Source: Candidatus Heimdallarchaeota archaeon (GTDB taxonomy: Archaea; Asgardarchaeota; Heimdallarchaeia; Hodarchaeales; Hodarchaeaceae). Taken from it: DNA of 64,000 bases. This document shows positions 47,079-56,748 of the stretch, piece after piece. Numbering within the stretch: the first letter of the stretch is position 1; each line of letters begins with the position of its first letter. The stretch spans positions 1 through 64,000 of the forward strand of contig DXJL01000133.1 in assembly GCA_019057635.1 (NCBI GenBank), in the 5' to 3' direction. The notes below the pieces were generated by a model, which searched no databases, was not told where the DNA came from, and saw only the letters and a list, made by a program, of their open reading frames with translations. The translations under genes were made by a program, and so were the position numbers.

Positions 47079-48854
47079 TCATGGTTCAATCTTTGCTCGA
47101 ATTCTCATTAAGCCTGTACCAATATTCTTCTGTTTTTGAATGGTAAATGTACCAATTTCTTTGGTGTTTTTTACATGAGGACCTGTGCAAATCTCTTTGG
47201 AAAAATTTCCAACTGAATATACAGAAACTTTGGTTTGGTATTTATCCTCAAAGAATCCTAGTGCCCCACTTGCCTTTGCTTCTTTAGGGGTAAGGATTTC
47301 GCTTGTAACTGCTAGTCCCTCTTTGATCTTTTTGTTCACAAGTTGTTCTACTTTCTCGATTTCTGATGGTGAAAGTTTTTCAGAATGAGTGAAATCGAAT
47401 CTTGTTCTTTCTGGGGTAATGTTACTACCTTTTTGTTCAACATGATTCCCTAACACATCTCTTAATGCTTGTTGCAACAGATGAGTTGCTGTATGCAGTC
47501 GAGTTGTTTTTTCTGTATGATCAGAAAGGCCACTTTTGAAGGTCCCTGATGTTGCTTTCCGTGATAGATCTTTATGATGGGCAAATTCTTCTTGAAATGC
47601 TTGTGTGTCAATTGTAATATTCTTTTCTTTAGCGATTTCCAACGTCATTTCTAGTGGGAAACCGAAAGATGTGAATAGAAGAAATGCATCTTGACCTGTT
47701 AATGTCCCTGTTTCATCTAATATTTTACCCAAACGTTTAAGTCCACGTTTTAATGTGGTAGAAAACTTATTTTCTTCTTGGGTTAAATTATTCATAATAA
47801 AATTCTTATTTCTTTCTAGTTCGAGATAGATATCTGAATATAAACTCATGACAATTTCTGCCAGTGTAGGGAGAAAGCGTTGTTTAATATTCAACAGATT
47901 CCCTTGACGAATAATCCCTCGAATAAACCTTCGAAGGACGTAACCCTGCCCTAAATTCGAGGGGGAGACATTTTTGTCATCTCCTAATATAAAGGTAGCA
48001 GATCTTATGTGATCTGCAATAATGTTGATTGATTTACGTTGTTCTTCAGTAGGTTCAGTCATAATTTTTGCAAATCGTTTTATACGATCATTAATGGGTT
48101 GAATTGTATCTATTTCATGAATAGTTGTTGCACCATTAAGTACAGCAATTGTACGTTCAATACCCATTCCTGTATCTACATTATGTTGAGCTAATTTTCC
48201 AAACGAACCATCTGCTAACTTATTATAGCTCATAAAAACATCATTCCAGATTTCAAAGTATTTTCCACAATGACAGCCAGGACGACATGTCTTTGAGCAG
48301 GGGTTTTTTCCCGTATCGAAAAACATCTCCGTGTCAGGACCACAAGGTCCTGTAGAACCCGCTGGACCCCACCAGTTATCCTCACGAGGGAGAAAATAGA
48401 TTCGATCATCGGGAATACCCATTTTACGCCATATTGCGGCGGATTCCTCATCTCTCGGTGCATCTTTATCCCCCTCGAACACTGTAACTGATAATCGATC
48501 AGGATCTATACCTAACCAATCAGGTGAAGTTAAGAATTCCCAACTCATTGAAATGGCTTCTTCTTTGAAATAATCACCTAATGACCAATTTCCTAACATT
48601 TCAAAGAATGTAAGATGCGTAGGATCACCTACTTCATCAATATCTCGAGTACGGATACATTTCTGGCTATTAGTAATGCGTTTACCTGAAGGATGAGGTT
48701 CTCCAGTAAAATAAACCTGTAATGGATGCATCCCTGCGGTTGTAAAAAGGACAGTTGGATCATTTTCTGGAAAAATAGATGCTGAAGGAATTATTACATG
48801 ATTTCTTTCCTTGAAAAATTGTAAATACTTTTCCCTTAAGGTTTTCGAATCCAT
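47079..48854 (-). CDS. alaS: Alanine--tRNA ligase, short (591 aa) form
   Basis: Motifs FTTAGMHPL, QKCIR, HLTFFEMLGNWS, GPCGP, EIWNDVFM, DTGMGIER, ADHIR, editing HTATH and CTGPH. Confidence 0.96.
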   Translation of the reverse strand: MDSKTLREKYLQFFKERNHVIIPSASIFPENDPTVLFTTAGMHPLQVYFTGEPHPSGKRITNSQKCIRTRDIDEVGDPTHLTFFEMLGNWSLGDYFKEEAISMSWEFLTSPDWLGIDPDRLSVTVFEGDKDAPRDEESAAIWRKMGIPDDRIYFLPREDNWWGPAGSTGPCGPDTEMFFDTGKNPCSKTCRPGCHCGKYFEIWNDVFMSYNKLADGSFGKLAQHNVDTGMGIERTIAVLNGATTIHEIDTIQPINDRIKRFAKIMTEPTEEQRKSINIIADHIRSATFILGDDKNVSPSNLGQGYVLRRFIRGIIRQGNLLNIKQRFLPTLAEIVMSLYSDIYLELERNKNFIMNNLTQEENKFSTTLKRGLKRLGKILDETGTLTGQDAFLLFTSFGFPLEMTLEIAKEKNITIDTQAFQEEFAHHKDLSRKATSGTFKSGLSDHTEKTTRLHTATHLLQQALRDVLGNHVEQKGSNITPERTRFDFTHSEKLSPSEIEKVEQLVNKKIKEGLAVTSEILTPKEAKASGALGFFEDKYQTKVSVYSVGNFSKEICTGPHVKNTKEIGTFTIQKQKNIGTGLMRIRAKIEP

Positions 48855-48884
48855 TGCTAGTCTACTCTTTGATCGTATATTTAA

Positions 48885-51800
48885 TTATGATTCAATGTTG
48901 ACAGAGACGTTTCTTGTTTTCCCTTGAGGATCTTGGATCGACCATTCTTTTTTAAATCCCTTTTTGACAGCTGAGAAATCCAAATTGGTTGCTAAGACTT
49001 CTTCTTGTATTAAAGAAGAGTATTCGTTAACAATTTTCTTTGTAGTTGCATCTAATTTAGTGAGATGCACTGATATGTTTGCATCATACACTAACTCTAA
49101 ATCTTTACGCATAGATTGTATCCGACGGATCAGATCTCGAACGAACCCCTCGTGGATTAGGTCTTCAGTTTGGGATAGGTTGAGAAAAAGATCTCCTTCT
49201 TTGAAGCTAGCTCCACCGAATCCTTCTTTCTCTGTGATTCTGACTTCAAGATCCTCTTTACTTATAGTGACTTCTTCTCCATCTATAGTAACTTGATACT
49301 CACCTTTTTTACTTAAGATCTGGGCGATTTCTTTTGCTATTGAACCTTTTTGGGCTTTCATCCATGTAGCAACATCATTTGCATTTTTCTTGAATTTTGG
49401 TCCAAGCTGTTTGAAATTTGGTGCAAATTCAATGTCCTGGAATTCCAAGGGATCATCAGAAAATTCTAATGATTTTACATTAAGCTCCTGCATAACTAAG
49501 TCTTTACATGAAGTAATCGCCTTCTTTCCAGTCTCGCTACTAACCACTATTACCTCTTGAAGAGGCCAACGTGCTTTTAGATCTTTTTTTGCTCTGATAG
49601 ATCTTCCGTTAGTGATGACTTCACGTGATATTGCTACACTTTCTTCGATCTTTGTTTTTATTTTCTTTGGATCTGAAACGGGATAGCTCTCTAAATGAAC
49701 ACTGTCTAAGCCCTTTCCCTGGCTTCGCACTAAAATCCTATACATCTCTTCAGAAAGGAATGGTATGAGAGGGGCTAAAACTTTGGATAAGGACTCCAAT
49801 ATTTCATACAGTGTTGAATATGCTGATTTTTTTGATATAGTTAACGTTTTCTCCCAAAATCGACGTCGTGACTGACGTATCCAGAGATTCGATAAGTCAC
49901 TCGTTAAGAACGCCTTCAATGCTTTTGTTGCTTGGTGGATTGATAAATCATCAAATGCTGTATGAACCTCATTTAGCGTATTATGATATCTCGACAAGAT
50001 CCAGCGATCTAATAGTGGTCTCTTCGAATATACAACCTTGTATTTCTTAATGTTGGGAGAATATTCATCAAGATTTGCATAAGTGATGAAAAATGATAGT
50101 ACATTCCACAAGGGGAGAATAAATTCCTTTATCTCATCCTCTAGTAAACCAAAACCAAATCGTACATCATTCCAAGTTGGTCCGCTAAAGTAGAGCCATC
50201 GGACTGGATCTGCTCCATACTTTTCGAATGCTTCCTCAGAATAAATAGCACTCCCTCTTGACTTGGACATCTTTTTTCCTTCTGCGGTAAGCACATGTCC
50301 CATTGTCAGACATGATTTATAGACTAACTGATCAAAAACTACAGTCGAAATTGCTAGAAGGGAGTAAAACCATCCACGTGTTTGATCAATAGCCTCGGTT
50401 ATAAAATCTATAGGAAAGTGCTTGTCAAACTCGTCTTTATTTTCAAAGGGATAATGCCATTGGGCAAAGAATGCTGATCCTGAATCATACCAAGCATCGA
50501 TTACATACGGTTCACGTATGGCTTTGGTCTGACACGTGGGACAGTGAACTTCGATATTGTCAACATCAGGTTTATGAAGTGAAAAGCCCTTTGGTAAACC
50601 CCCCTTTGTTAGCTGGTTTAATTCCTCTCTATTTCCAACTATGAATTCATGCCCTTTTTCACATGTCCATATTGGTAATGGTGTGCCCCAATATCGAGAG
50701 CGAGAGAGAGACCAATCCTTTAGTTCATCAAGAAAGTTTCCAAATCGGCCATCTTTCAAGTGTTTTGGAACCCAACGAATTTGTTGGTTCAATTCTCGTA
50801 TTCGCTCACGTACTTGGCTCATACCAATAAACCAAGATTCCATAGCATAATAGAGTAGGGGTGAATCACATCTCCAGCAAAATGGATAAGTGTGAGTAAT
50901 CGTTTCTACTCTCAGAAGTTTATTTTCTGTTTTCAATTGTTCCATGATATGCGGATCTGCAGTTTTAACATGCATTCCTCCAAAATCTGGCATATCGTCG
51001 AAAAAATTTCCATTTTCTAAAACAGGATTAAACATGTCTACTCCAATTTCTTGACAGAGATCGTAATCCTCAATACCAAATGCAGGAGCACAGTGAACTA
51101 TCCCAGTACCATCCTCCATAGAGACAAAATCTGCAGCTACTACAAAATGAGCTTTACCTGTTTTATTTTCTGCAGTGTAGGAAAAGAGAGCTTCATATTC
51201 CATACCAAGAAGATCTTGACCAACATATTCTTTGATGACAGTCTTTTCTGTTGAAAAGATTCGTGGGAGTAGATCCTTTGCAAATATTAGACTTTCTCCT
51301 TCATGTTCTACCTCGATATAGGACTCTTTCTCGTTAACAGCAAGAACAAGATTAGACAGAAGGGTCCACGGAGTGGTTGTCCATGCTAGGAAATGTCGTT
51401 TAGGATTTCCTTTGACTTGAAATTTGATGTATATACTGGGATCTGTTGTCTCTGCGTATCCTTGAGCAACTTCGTGAGATGATATCGAAGTTCCGCAACG
51501 GGTACAATATGGTACTACTTTATGACCTTTAAACAGGAGTTTCTTGTTATATATCTGCTGTAGTGACCACCAAACGGATTCAATGTAGTCTTCAGACATA
51601 GTAACATATGATCGTGGTAAATCTAGGTGAAATCCTATCCTTTTAGACATGGTTTCCCATTCATTTACATAACGCATCACAGAAATTGGACATTTTTTAA
51701 TGAAACGATCAACCCCATACGCTTCAATATCTTCTTTGTTCTTCAGTCCAAGATCCTTTTCTACTTCAATTTCCACTGGCAATCCATGGCAATCCCATCC

Positions 51801-52055
51801 ACCAATCCGTGGCGTGACATAATGGCCTGTCATTGTTTTGTAGCGGAGTATTACATCTTTTATTGCGCGTGTTAATGCATGACCAATATGTGGATGACCA
51901 TTTGCTGTTGGAGGGCCTTCAAGAAAAATGAAAAGAGGATTATCACTTGACTCCTCTTGTACTCGTTTTTCTAGGTTTATTTGCTTCCAGTACTCCAACA
52001 CATCATTTTCACGAGTTGGAAGATCAGGTTTAGCTGGTAATGTCGGAAATTTCAC
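48885..52055 (-). CDS. ileS: Isoleucine--tRNA ligase (archaeal/eukaryote-like IleRS2 type)
   Basis: Motifs EGPPTANG, HIGH, GWDCHGLP, WTTTPWTL, DWSLSRSRYWGTP, DQTRGWFY and KMSKS. The GTG at 52055 (MKFPTLP...) is a more typical start than the TTG at 52100. Confidence 0.96.
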   Translation of the reverse strand: MKFPTLPAKPDLPTRENDVLEYWKQINLEKRVQEESSDNPLFIFLEGPPTANGHPHIGHALTRAIKDVILRYKTMTGHYVTPRIGGWDCHGLPVEIEVEKDLGLKNKEDIEAYGVDRFIKKCPISVMRYVNEWETMSKRIGFHLDLPRSYVTMSEDYIESVWWSLQQIYNKKLLFKGHKVVPYCTRCGTSISSHEVAQGYAETTDPSIYIKFQVKGNPKRHFLAWTTTPWTLLSNLVLAVNEKESYIEVEHEGESLIFAKDLLPRIFSTEKTVIKEYVGQDLLGMEYEALFSYTAENKTGKAHFVVAADFVSMEDGTGIVHCAPAFGIEDYDLCQEIGVDMFNPVLENGNFFDDMPDFGGMHVKTADPHIMEQLKTENKLLRVETITHTYPFCWRCDSPLLYYAMESWFIGMSQVRERIRELNQQIRWVPKHLKDGRFGNFLDELKDWSLSRSRYWGTPLPIWTCEKGHEFIVGNREELNQLTKGGLPKGFSLHKPDVDNIEVHCPTCQTKAIREPYVIDAWYDSGSAFFAQWHYPFENKDEFDKHFPIDFITEAIDQTRGWFYSLLAISTVVFDQLVYKSCLTMGHVLTAEGKKMSKSRGSAIYSEEAFEKYGADPVRWLYFSGPTWNDVRFGFGLLEDEIKEFILPLWNVLSFFITYANLDEYSPNIKKYKVVYSKRPLLDRWILSRYHNTLNEVHTAFDDLSIHQATKALKAFLTSDLSNLWIRQSRRRFWEKTLTISKKSAYSTLYEILESLSKVLAPLIPFLSEEMYRILVRSQGKGLDSVHLESYPVSDPKKIKTKIEESVAISREVITNGRSIRAKKDLKARWPLQEVIVVSSETGKKAITSCKDLVMQELNVKSLEFSDDPLEFQDIEFAPNFKQLGPKFKKNANDVATWMKAQKGSIAKEIAQILSKKGEYQVTIDGEEVTISKEDLEVRITEKEGFGGASFKEGDLFLNLSQTEDLIHEGFVRDLIRRIQSMRKDLELVYDANISVHLTKLDATTKKIVNEYSSLIQEEVLATNLDFSAVKKGFKKEWSIQDPQGKTRNVSVNIES

Positions 52056-52465
52056 CTTTATAACCTTTGTTTGTTCTATTGGGGTTGAAATATTGTACAA
52101 TCGCCAAAAAAAATAATGAGTAAAAAACTTTTATCGCCAGTTTTCCAAAAAAAAGATTTATCTGTTTCTCTCCCACTAATGGTAATAATGGTTTAACATT
52201 CAATCCAATTACATTGAATAGATTTAGGTTAAAATGAAAATCTCCCCTTTTTCATCCTCCAGCTATTCTATAGAGAAACCGAATCCGCTGGTTCTTTGGG
52301 TGAGAGATGGTTCAGATTATTACACTGTTCGAAGAAATAACAGGTCCCAAGGATTCAATTGCTAAAAAACTTTGACTTTAAGTCTTGCCATCCCAGAACT
52401 TGTTTGAAATCAAGTTGGATCATATTACTAATGGTATATTGCTTTTCTTGTTTTCCTGGGGAAGT

Positions 52466-53308
52466 TCATAATCCCCTACTTCCGTCAGGTGATAAAGGAT
52501 TGTCAGAAATAAAGGATGAGAAGTTATCCATTCGTTGAATTTTGATTATTCCTGTGCTGTATGCAAAGGTCACATTACGTTGGCCAGATTCATCAATTTC
52601 ATATCTAAAGGAATTTTCATTTCCAATCAAAAAGGATAATACATATCTACCATATGTTTTTGGTAGATAACTTTCAGGAAACGCTTTTTTCAACAATATT
52701 AAGAAGGAATCAAAATTCTTTTCAAAACAAGCCAGGATTAATAATCCTGAGGTCTGTAGCTCTTCAGATGTGATTTTTTCAAAATAATTACGTCCTTCTT
52801 GAGGATTAAGTAAATCGAGATAAAGTTCACCAAGAAGATAGTTTCTACTATTAGAATCATCTTCGTACAGATTATCGTCAATTATATGATCAATATCTAT
52901 CTGAGGATCTGAATCAAGAGTAAAACTAAAACAGTTATTTCGCATATTCTGAGTAAGTCTCTCAACTCTCGTGTTTTTCTTTAACTCAGAAGATTTTTCC
53001 TTGGAAAGTTGTTTGAATAGGATTCGAGCTAGTTCTATGAATTCTTTTTCTTCTAAAGCTTTCGGAGCTATTTTCTCTCTTGTTGTTAAATCATAAATCT
53101 TCTTACGATCTTTCTTTTCCACTTCAAAGAGGTCTGCCTCTGTCGATGAAGTTTTTGCAATCAAAAAGGAAGAAATTCGGTTTATTTGCGCAAAATATTG
53201 CAATACTGATATTTTTTCAGCTTTAAATAATGTACTCTGCTTTTGAAACCAAGATATCCATTTTTCAAGTTCAGCGTCATTCTCTGAGGAGAAAGATCTA
53301 TTTGACAC
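52466..53308 (-). CDS. Hypothetical protein, possibly 3'-truncated
   Basis: 280-aa ORF with a TPR-like segment (YLLGELYLDLLNPQEGRNYFEK). Coding-like sequence continues past its TGA. Confidence 0.55.
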   Translation of the reverse strand: MSNRSFSSENDAELEKWISWFQKQSTLFKAEKISVLQYFAQINRISSFLIAKTSSTEADLFEVEKKDRKKIYDLTTREKIAPKALEEKEFIELARILFKQLSKEKSSELKKNTRVERLTQNMRNNCFSFTLDSDPQIDIDHIIDDNLYEDDSNSRNYLLGELYLDLLNPQEGRNYFEKITSEELQTSGLLILACFEKNFDSFLILLKKAFPESYLPKTYGRYVLSFLIGNENSFRYEIDESGQRNVTFAYSTGIIKIQRMDNFSSFISDNPLSPDGSRGL

Positions 53309-53599
53309 TAATTTTCAACGAGATTTGTCGCTTTATCTAAAGAGTCCCTTTCTTTCACGATTTTCATATGAACCATACTGATCTGTAATTAGTTCGTAGC
53401 ATTAAAGATATCTTGTTGCTCTAATTGTGAGAATGTTTCGTTTTTATTAATTTCTTTCATGATTGAAATTTTAAAACTTAAGAGATGAAGATTGGAGAAA
53501 AAGAGAATACAAAGCCTTTTCAACCTCGAGGACGATTTGTGTAATAATAAATCCCTTTCACCATCTCATATCCTTACAAATCCAGTCGAGTTGTTATTA

Positions 53600-53986
53600 G
53601 TGTCGGAATCTGCTCAAAAAACTATTGATGTCGTAGCAAATGTCTTCAAAAGCGAATATGCAGAGATACCATTATGTATATCTGTAGTTCAAGCTTCTGA
53701 AGGATTTGAACTTTATTCCACGAAAACCTGTGATCCTTCTGAAATGGAAGCAATAACAGTATTAGGGTTAATAGCATTTGAAGAGTTAAAAACTTCTATC
53801 ACGTCCAGAACAAATGAAAAAATCAACATATTAATTTTTAGAACAGCAGAGCGCGAATGCTATGTTGCCCCAGTTTCAGATGATATTTTTTTAGTGGCTG
53901 CCGCCGCTCCAGGAACAGTAGGAAATGTAATGCCTTTACTAGACGGTTTAAGTGCCCAAGTGCAATATGAATTATCAAAATTATAA
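53600..53986 (+). CDS. Roadblock/LC7-like protein
   Basis: From the GTG at 53600 the pattern is helix, CISVVQASEGFELYST, helix, ILIFRT/CYVAPV/IFLVAAA, helix (alpha-beta-beta-alpha-beta-beta-beta-alpha). The track ORF starts at TTG 53492. Confidence 0.7.
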   Translation: MSESAQKTIDVVANVFKSEYAEIPLCISVVQASEGFELYSTKTCDPSEMEAITVLGLIAFEELKTSITSRTNEKINILIFRTAERECYVAPVSDDIFLVAAAAPGTVGNVMPLLDGLSAQVQYELSKL

Positions 53987-53992
53987 ATAAAA

Positions 53993-54826
53993 GTGATTCC
54001 AATGAACTACAAACGTCTTCAATCTGTAGCAGAAGAAGCTGCGAAAATGGCTGGATCTTTTCTTCGATTAATGTCTTTTAAAGATCTCCAAATGTTTAGG
54101 AAGGGTGTAGGAGATGTTACTACGAATTTCGATCTTGAGAGTGAACGTCTTATTAAAAATCATATTTTGATGCATTTTCCAGATCATACGTTACAGGCAG
54201 AAGAATCTGCCTCCGATGAACAATTACCATCAGATACAGTAACTTGGTTTATCGATCCTTTAGATGGAACAAAAGCTTTTCTGAGGGGAAATTTGGCATT
54301 TGTTTGTATGTCAATTGCTGCTTGGGATGAGACTGGATTATTAGCAGGAGTTGTTTACAATCCATTTACTGATATGTTATATTCGACCGCAAAAGAAAAC
54401 TCAGTATTTCTAAATGGATCTATCCTCCCACCTCCAAGAGTACATCATCTATCAGAGGCCCGCATACTTGTTGATTTTTCAAATCGAATTTCTGATGATA
54501 TAAAAAGACAGTTAGCTCTGGCAGATTTAGATGGAATTATTGGACGATCATACCGATTAGGTGGGGGTATCTCTCAACATTTAATGTTAATTGCTCAAGG
54601 TACTCTTCATGGTGGTATATTTTGGGGAGTAGGAAGAAAAGGGAAATTTTGGGATATTGCTGCAGCAACATTAATACTTGAACAATTAGGAATCAAAATA
54701 ACAACACTTGAGGGAAAATCCATCCATCCAACAGATACGATTTTTGATCAGCTTGTTATCGCTACTCCTGTTCTGCACAAAGAATTGCTCGAATGGGCTG
54801 ATAATTTAAAAGCTAAATATCTTTAG
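53993..54826 (+). CDS. Inositol monophosphatase (FIG) family protein
   Basis: Motifs DVTTNFD, AEES, WFIDPLDGT, GVVYNP and WDIAA. Confidence 0.92.
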   Translation: MIPMNYKRLQSVAEEAAKMAGSFLRLMSFKDLQMFRKGVGDVTTNFDLESERLIKNHILMHFPDHTLQAEESASDEQLPSDTVTWFIDPLDGTKAFLRGNLAFVCMSIAAWDETGLLAGVVYNPFTDMLYSTAKENSVFLNGSILPPPRVHHLSEARILVDFSNRISDDIKRQLALADLDGIIGRSYRLGGGISQHLMLIAQGTLHGGIFWGVGRKGKFWDIAAATLILEQLGIKITTLEGKSIHPTDTIFDQLVIATPVLHKELLEWADNLKAKYL

Positions 54827-54830
54827 CAAG

Positions 54831-55586
54831 TTAGTCATCCGGATCGTCAAGAAATTCAGGTCGAAGTTTTAGTCTTTGAACAGGTCGCCCTTCTTCCGTG
54901 TAACCAATTGCACTGAATTTATTAGATTGTATGAAATACTCATACAGAGTTTGTTGGAGCTTTCGGCCAAGAACAAAGCGATCTCCTAACTCAAAAAAAT
55001 CTAATTGTAATGAGGCTGCAGAGTCTTTAAATGCTTTAAAAATCCATTTACGTAAATGTTTTTCAAGTTCAGACTTTTTAGCAAGGCGAGAATGTATTTC
55101 TTGTGCATGAAGTAATTCAACGCTCTGAGTACTAGCTGGCTTTGCTTCATTAATATAATTAAGCAATTTTCCTTTAATTTCTTCAGGGGAATTATCACTG
55201 GTATAATTAGTTTTTATTCTCCCTTTGCTCCTTTTTTCTTCCTCGAATAAGAACAATATTAGTTCATCTACAACAACTTTCGCATCAGTAAAAGCATTCA
55301 AATTGATTTCTAATAAGAAATTGGCGTTGGTTACACGCCAATGCTTGATCTTTCTACCCGCTTCATTTTGTTCCATTTTATATCCTGCTAATCCTAATTC
55401 CTGTAATTTTTCCAAATGATGAAGGATGGTAGGAATCTTTTTCCCCAATTTATCTGCTAATTGGGATGCAGTAAGTCCTTTAGGAGAAGAAGTATTCATA
55501 AACAGAAGCATTCCTAGTCGAGTAGGATCAGCTAGGGCTTTAATAATCGGTATAACTTCTCCAGGGTTTGTAAAAGTAGGATCCAA
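54831..55586 (-). CDS. ArsR-type HTH transcriptional regulator with extended C-terminus
   Basis: IKALADPTRLGML...LTASQLADKL...TILHHLEKLQELGL. Confidence 0.88.
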   Translation of the reverse strand: MDPTFTNPGEVIPIIKALADPTRLGMLLFMNTSSPKGLTASQLADKLGKKIPTILHHLEKLQELGLAGYKMEQNEAGRKIKHWRVTNANFLLEINLNAFTDAKVVVDELILFLFEEEKRSKGRIKTNYTSDNSPEEIKGKLLNYINEAKPASTQSVELLHAQEIHSRLAKKSELEKHLRKWIFKAFKDSAASLQLDFFELGDRFVLGRKLQQTLYEYFIQSNKFSAIGYTEEGRPVQRLKLRPEFLDDPDD

Positions 55587-55703
55587 AAAGATCTGCTCCT
55601 AACATACTATTCCTTTAACCTCTTAAAAACTGACATCTAATGGCACAAACTAACTCATAAGACGGTTTTTTTTTCCCCGAACGCAACAAAATAGTTAGTT
55701 TGT

Positions 55704-56021
55704 TCATAATGAATCCGATTGCATATCAGGAAAGGGCGGAGGAGACCAATTTTTCATTATAATTACTCCTAAAAGTAAAATAAATCCACCAGCTACTAGG
55801 AGCAAACCGACAAAAAAGCCATCAAAATAAATTAATTGGTTAGTTCGAGTTGTGTCAATAATCACTCCAGTAATGCTGAATAATCCAAGTGTAATTGTCA
55901 ACAAACTTCCAAAAATCATAATCCAACAGATGTATGAATTTAAAATCGTGCTCGGGGTAGAAAGATTCATTTTTTCTTGGGATGAAGAATCATCAGAGCT
56001 ACTCATCAATACACTTTCCAC
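55704..56021 (-). CDS. Small two-TM membrane protein
   Basis: Two hydrophobic helices and a C-terminal PPPFP. Confidence 0.6.
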   Translation of the reverse strand: MESVLMSSSDDSSSQEKMNLSTPSTILNSYICWIMIFGSLLTITLGLFSITGVIIDTTRTNQLIYFDGFFVGLLLVAGGFILLLGVIIMKNWSPPPFPDMQSDSL

Positions 56022-56370
56022 TTATGATTATATTTTTATAATATTAAATCTTTTCTTTAACATTATTAGGGAGTAGCAATATTCTAATCTTTGATTGGCA
56101 GGAGAAAAACACTTACTTAATCAAAAATGAAAATAATGCCTTAGTTAAATTTTACTCTCAAATATAGCAAGAAGTAACCTTGAAATTCCAGTTAATGAGA
56201 GGATGAAGAATTTATTTCATTTATTAGTTGAAAAACTTTGAACTAAGGATCTCTAACAGGACCTATCTTAATTATTTAAGCTCCAAATCGTTTTCAGAGA
56301 CTTAAGGAAGACAAGTGTAATATGCTCATAATATCCCTTCTTTAGAATTACTGAAGATGTCGAAGTATTT

Positions 56371-56631
56371 ATGCAACAGATTACTCAACCAATCTCAGAT
56401 GTAAGGGTCCATGATTATCGTGTACGAAATTATACACATGAAGCGATCGATAAAGGCGAATTATCTTGTTTAGTGCAATTTATAGCATCATTAGATGTAT
56501 GTAAAGTTTGTGTTAGAGAGATTCCCAAGATTCAGTCATCTTTTGGATCAGAGTTAGATTTTTCCATTGATTTCGACGCAAAAACTTTAGATATACGGTA
56601 CGGCCGAAGATCTCCCGTCTCTGTCTGGTAG
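56371..56631 (+). CDS. Small hypothetical protein (86 aa)
   Basis: ATG-initiated ORF in otherwise non-coding AT-rich DNA. Confidence 0.55.
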   Translation: MQQITQPISDVRVHDYRVRNYTHEAIDKGELSCLVQFIASLDVCKVCVREIPKIQSSFGSELDFSIDFDAKTLDIRYGRRSPVSVW

Positions 56632-56668
56632 TAGCTAATCGTAAATTCTTCTCCTTAACTTAGAGCCC

Positions 56669-56693
56669 TTTTAAGCATCAGAAATGCTTAAAA
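56669..56693. promoter_or_regulatory. Perfect 10-bp inverted repeat (operator or terminator)
   Basis: TTTTAAGCAT-cagaa-ATGCTTAAAA, 55 bp upstream of the nucleotidyltransferase start. Confidence 0.5.
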
Positions 56694-56748
56694 ATTCCGA
56701 ATCGAAAGAAGTACTTTTTTGAAGGATTAGTTTAAAAAATCAATACTG

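Noticed and set aside
52056-52260. T-box riboswitch or Ile leader peptide upstream of ileS
   Set aside because: No T-box UGGNACC antiterminator is visible. The ATT-ATT-ACC-ATT run follows a stop with no start codon, and the short ATG ORF (MLNHYYH) contains no Ile.
52250-52468. Selenocysteine or alternative-code readthrough of TGA
   Set aside because: TGA terminates clear genes in this window (e.g. yggS, nadE, alaS), a frameshift is also required, and there is no redox motif or evident SECIS.
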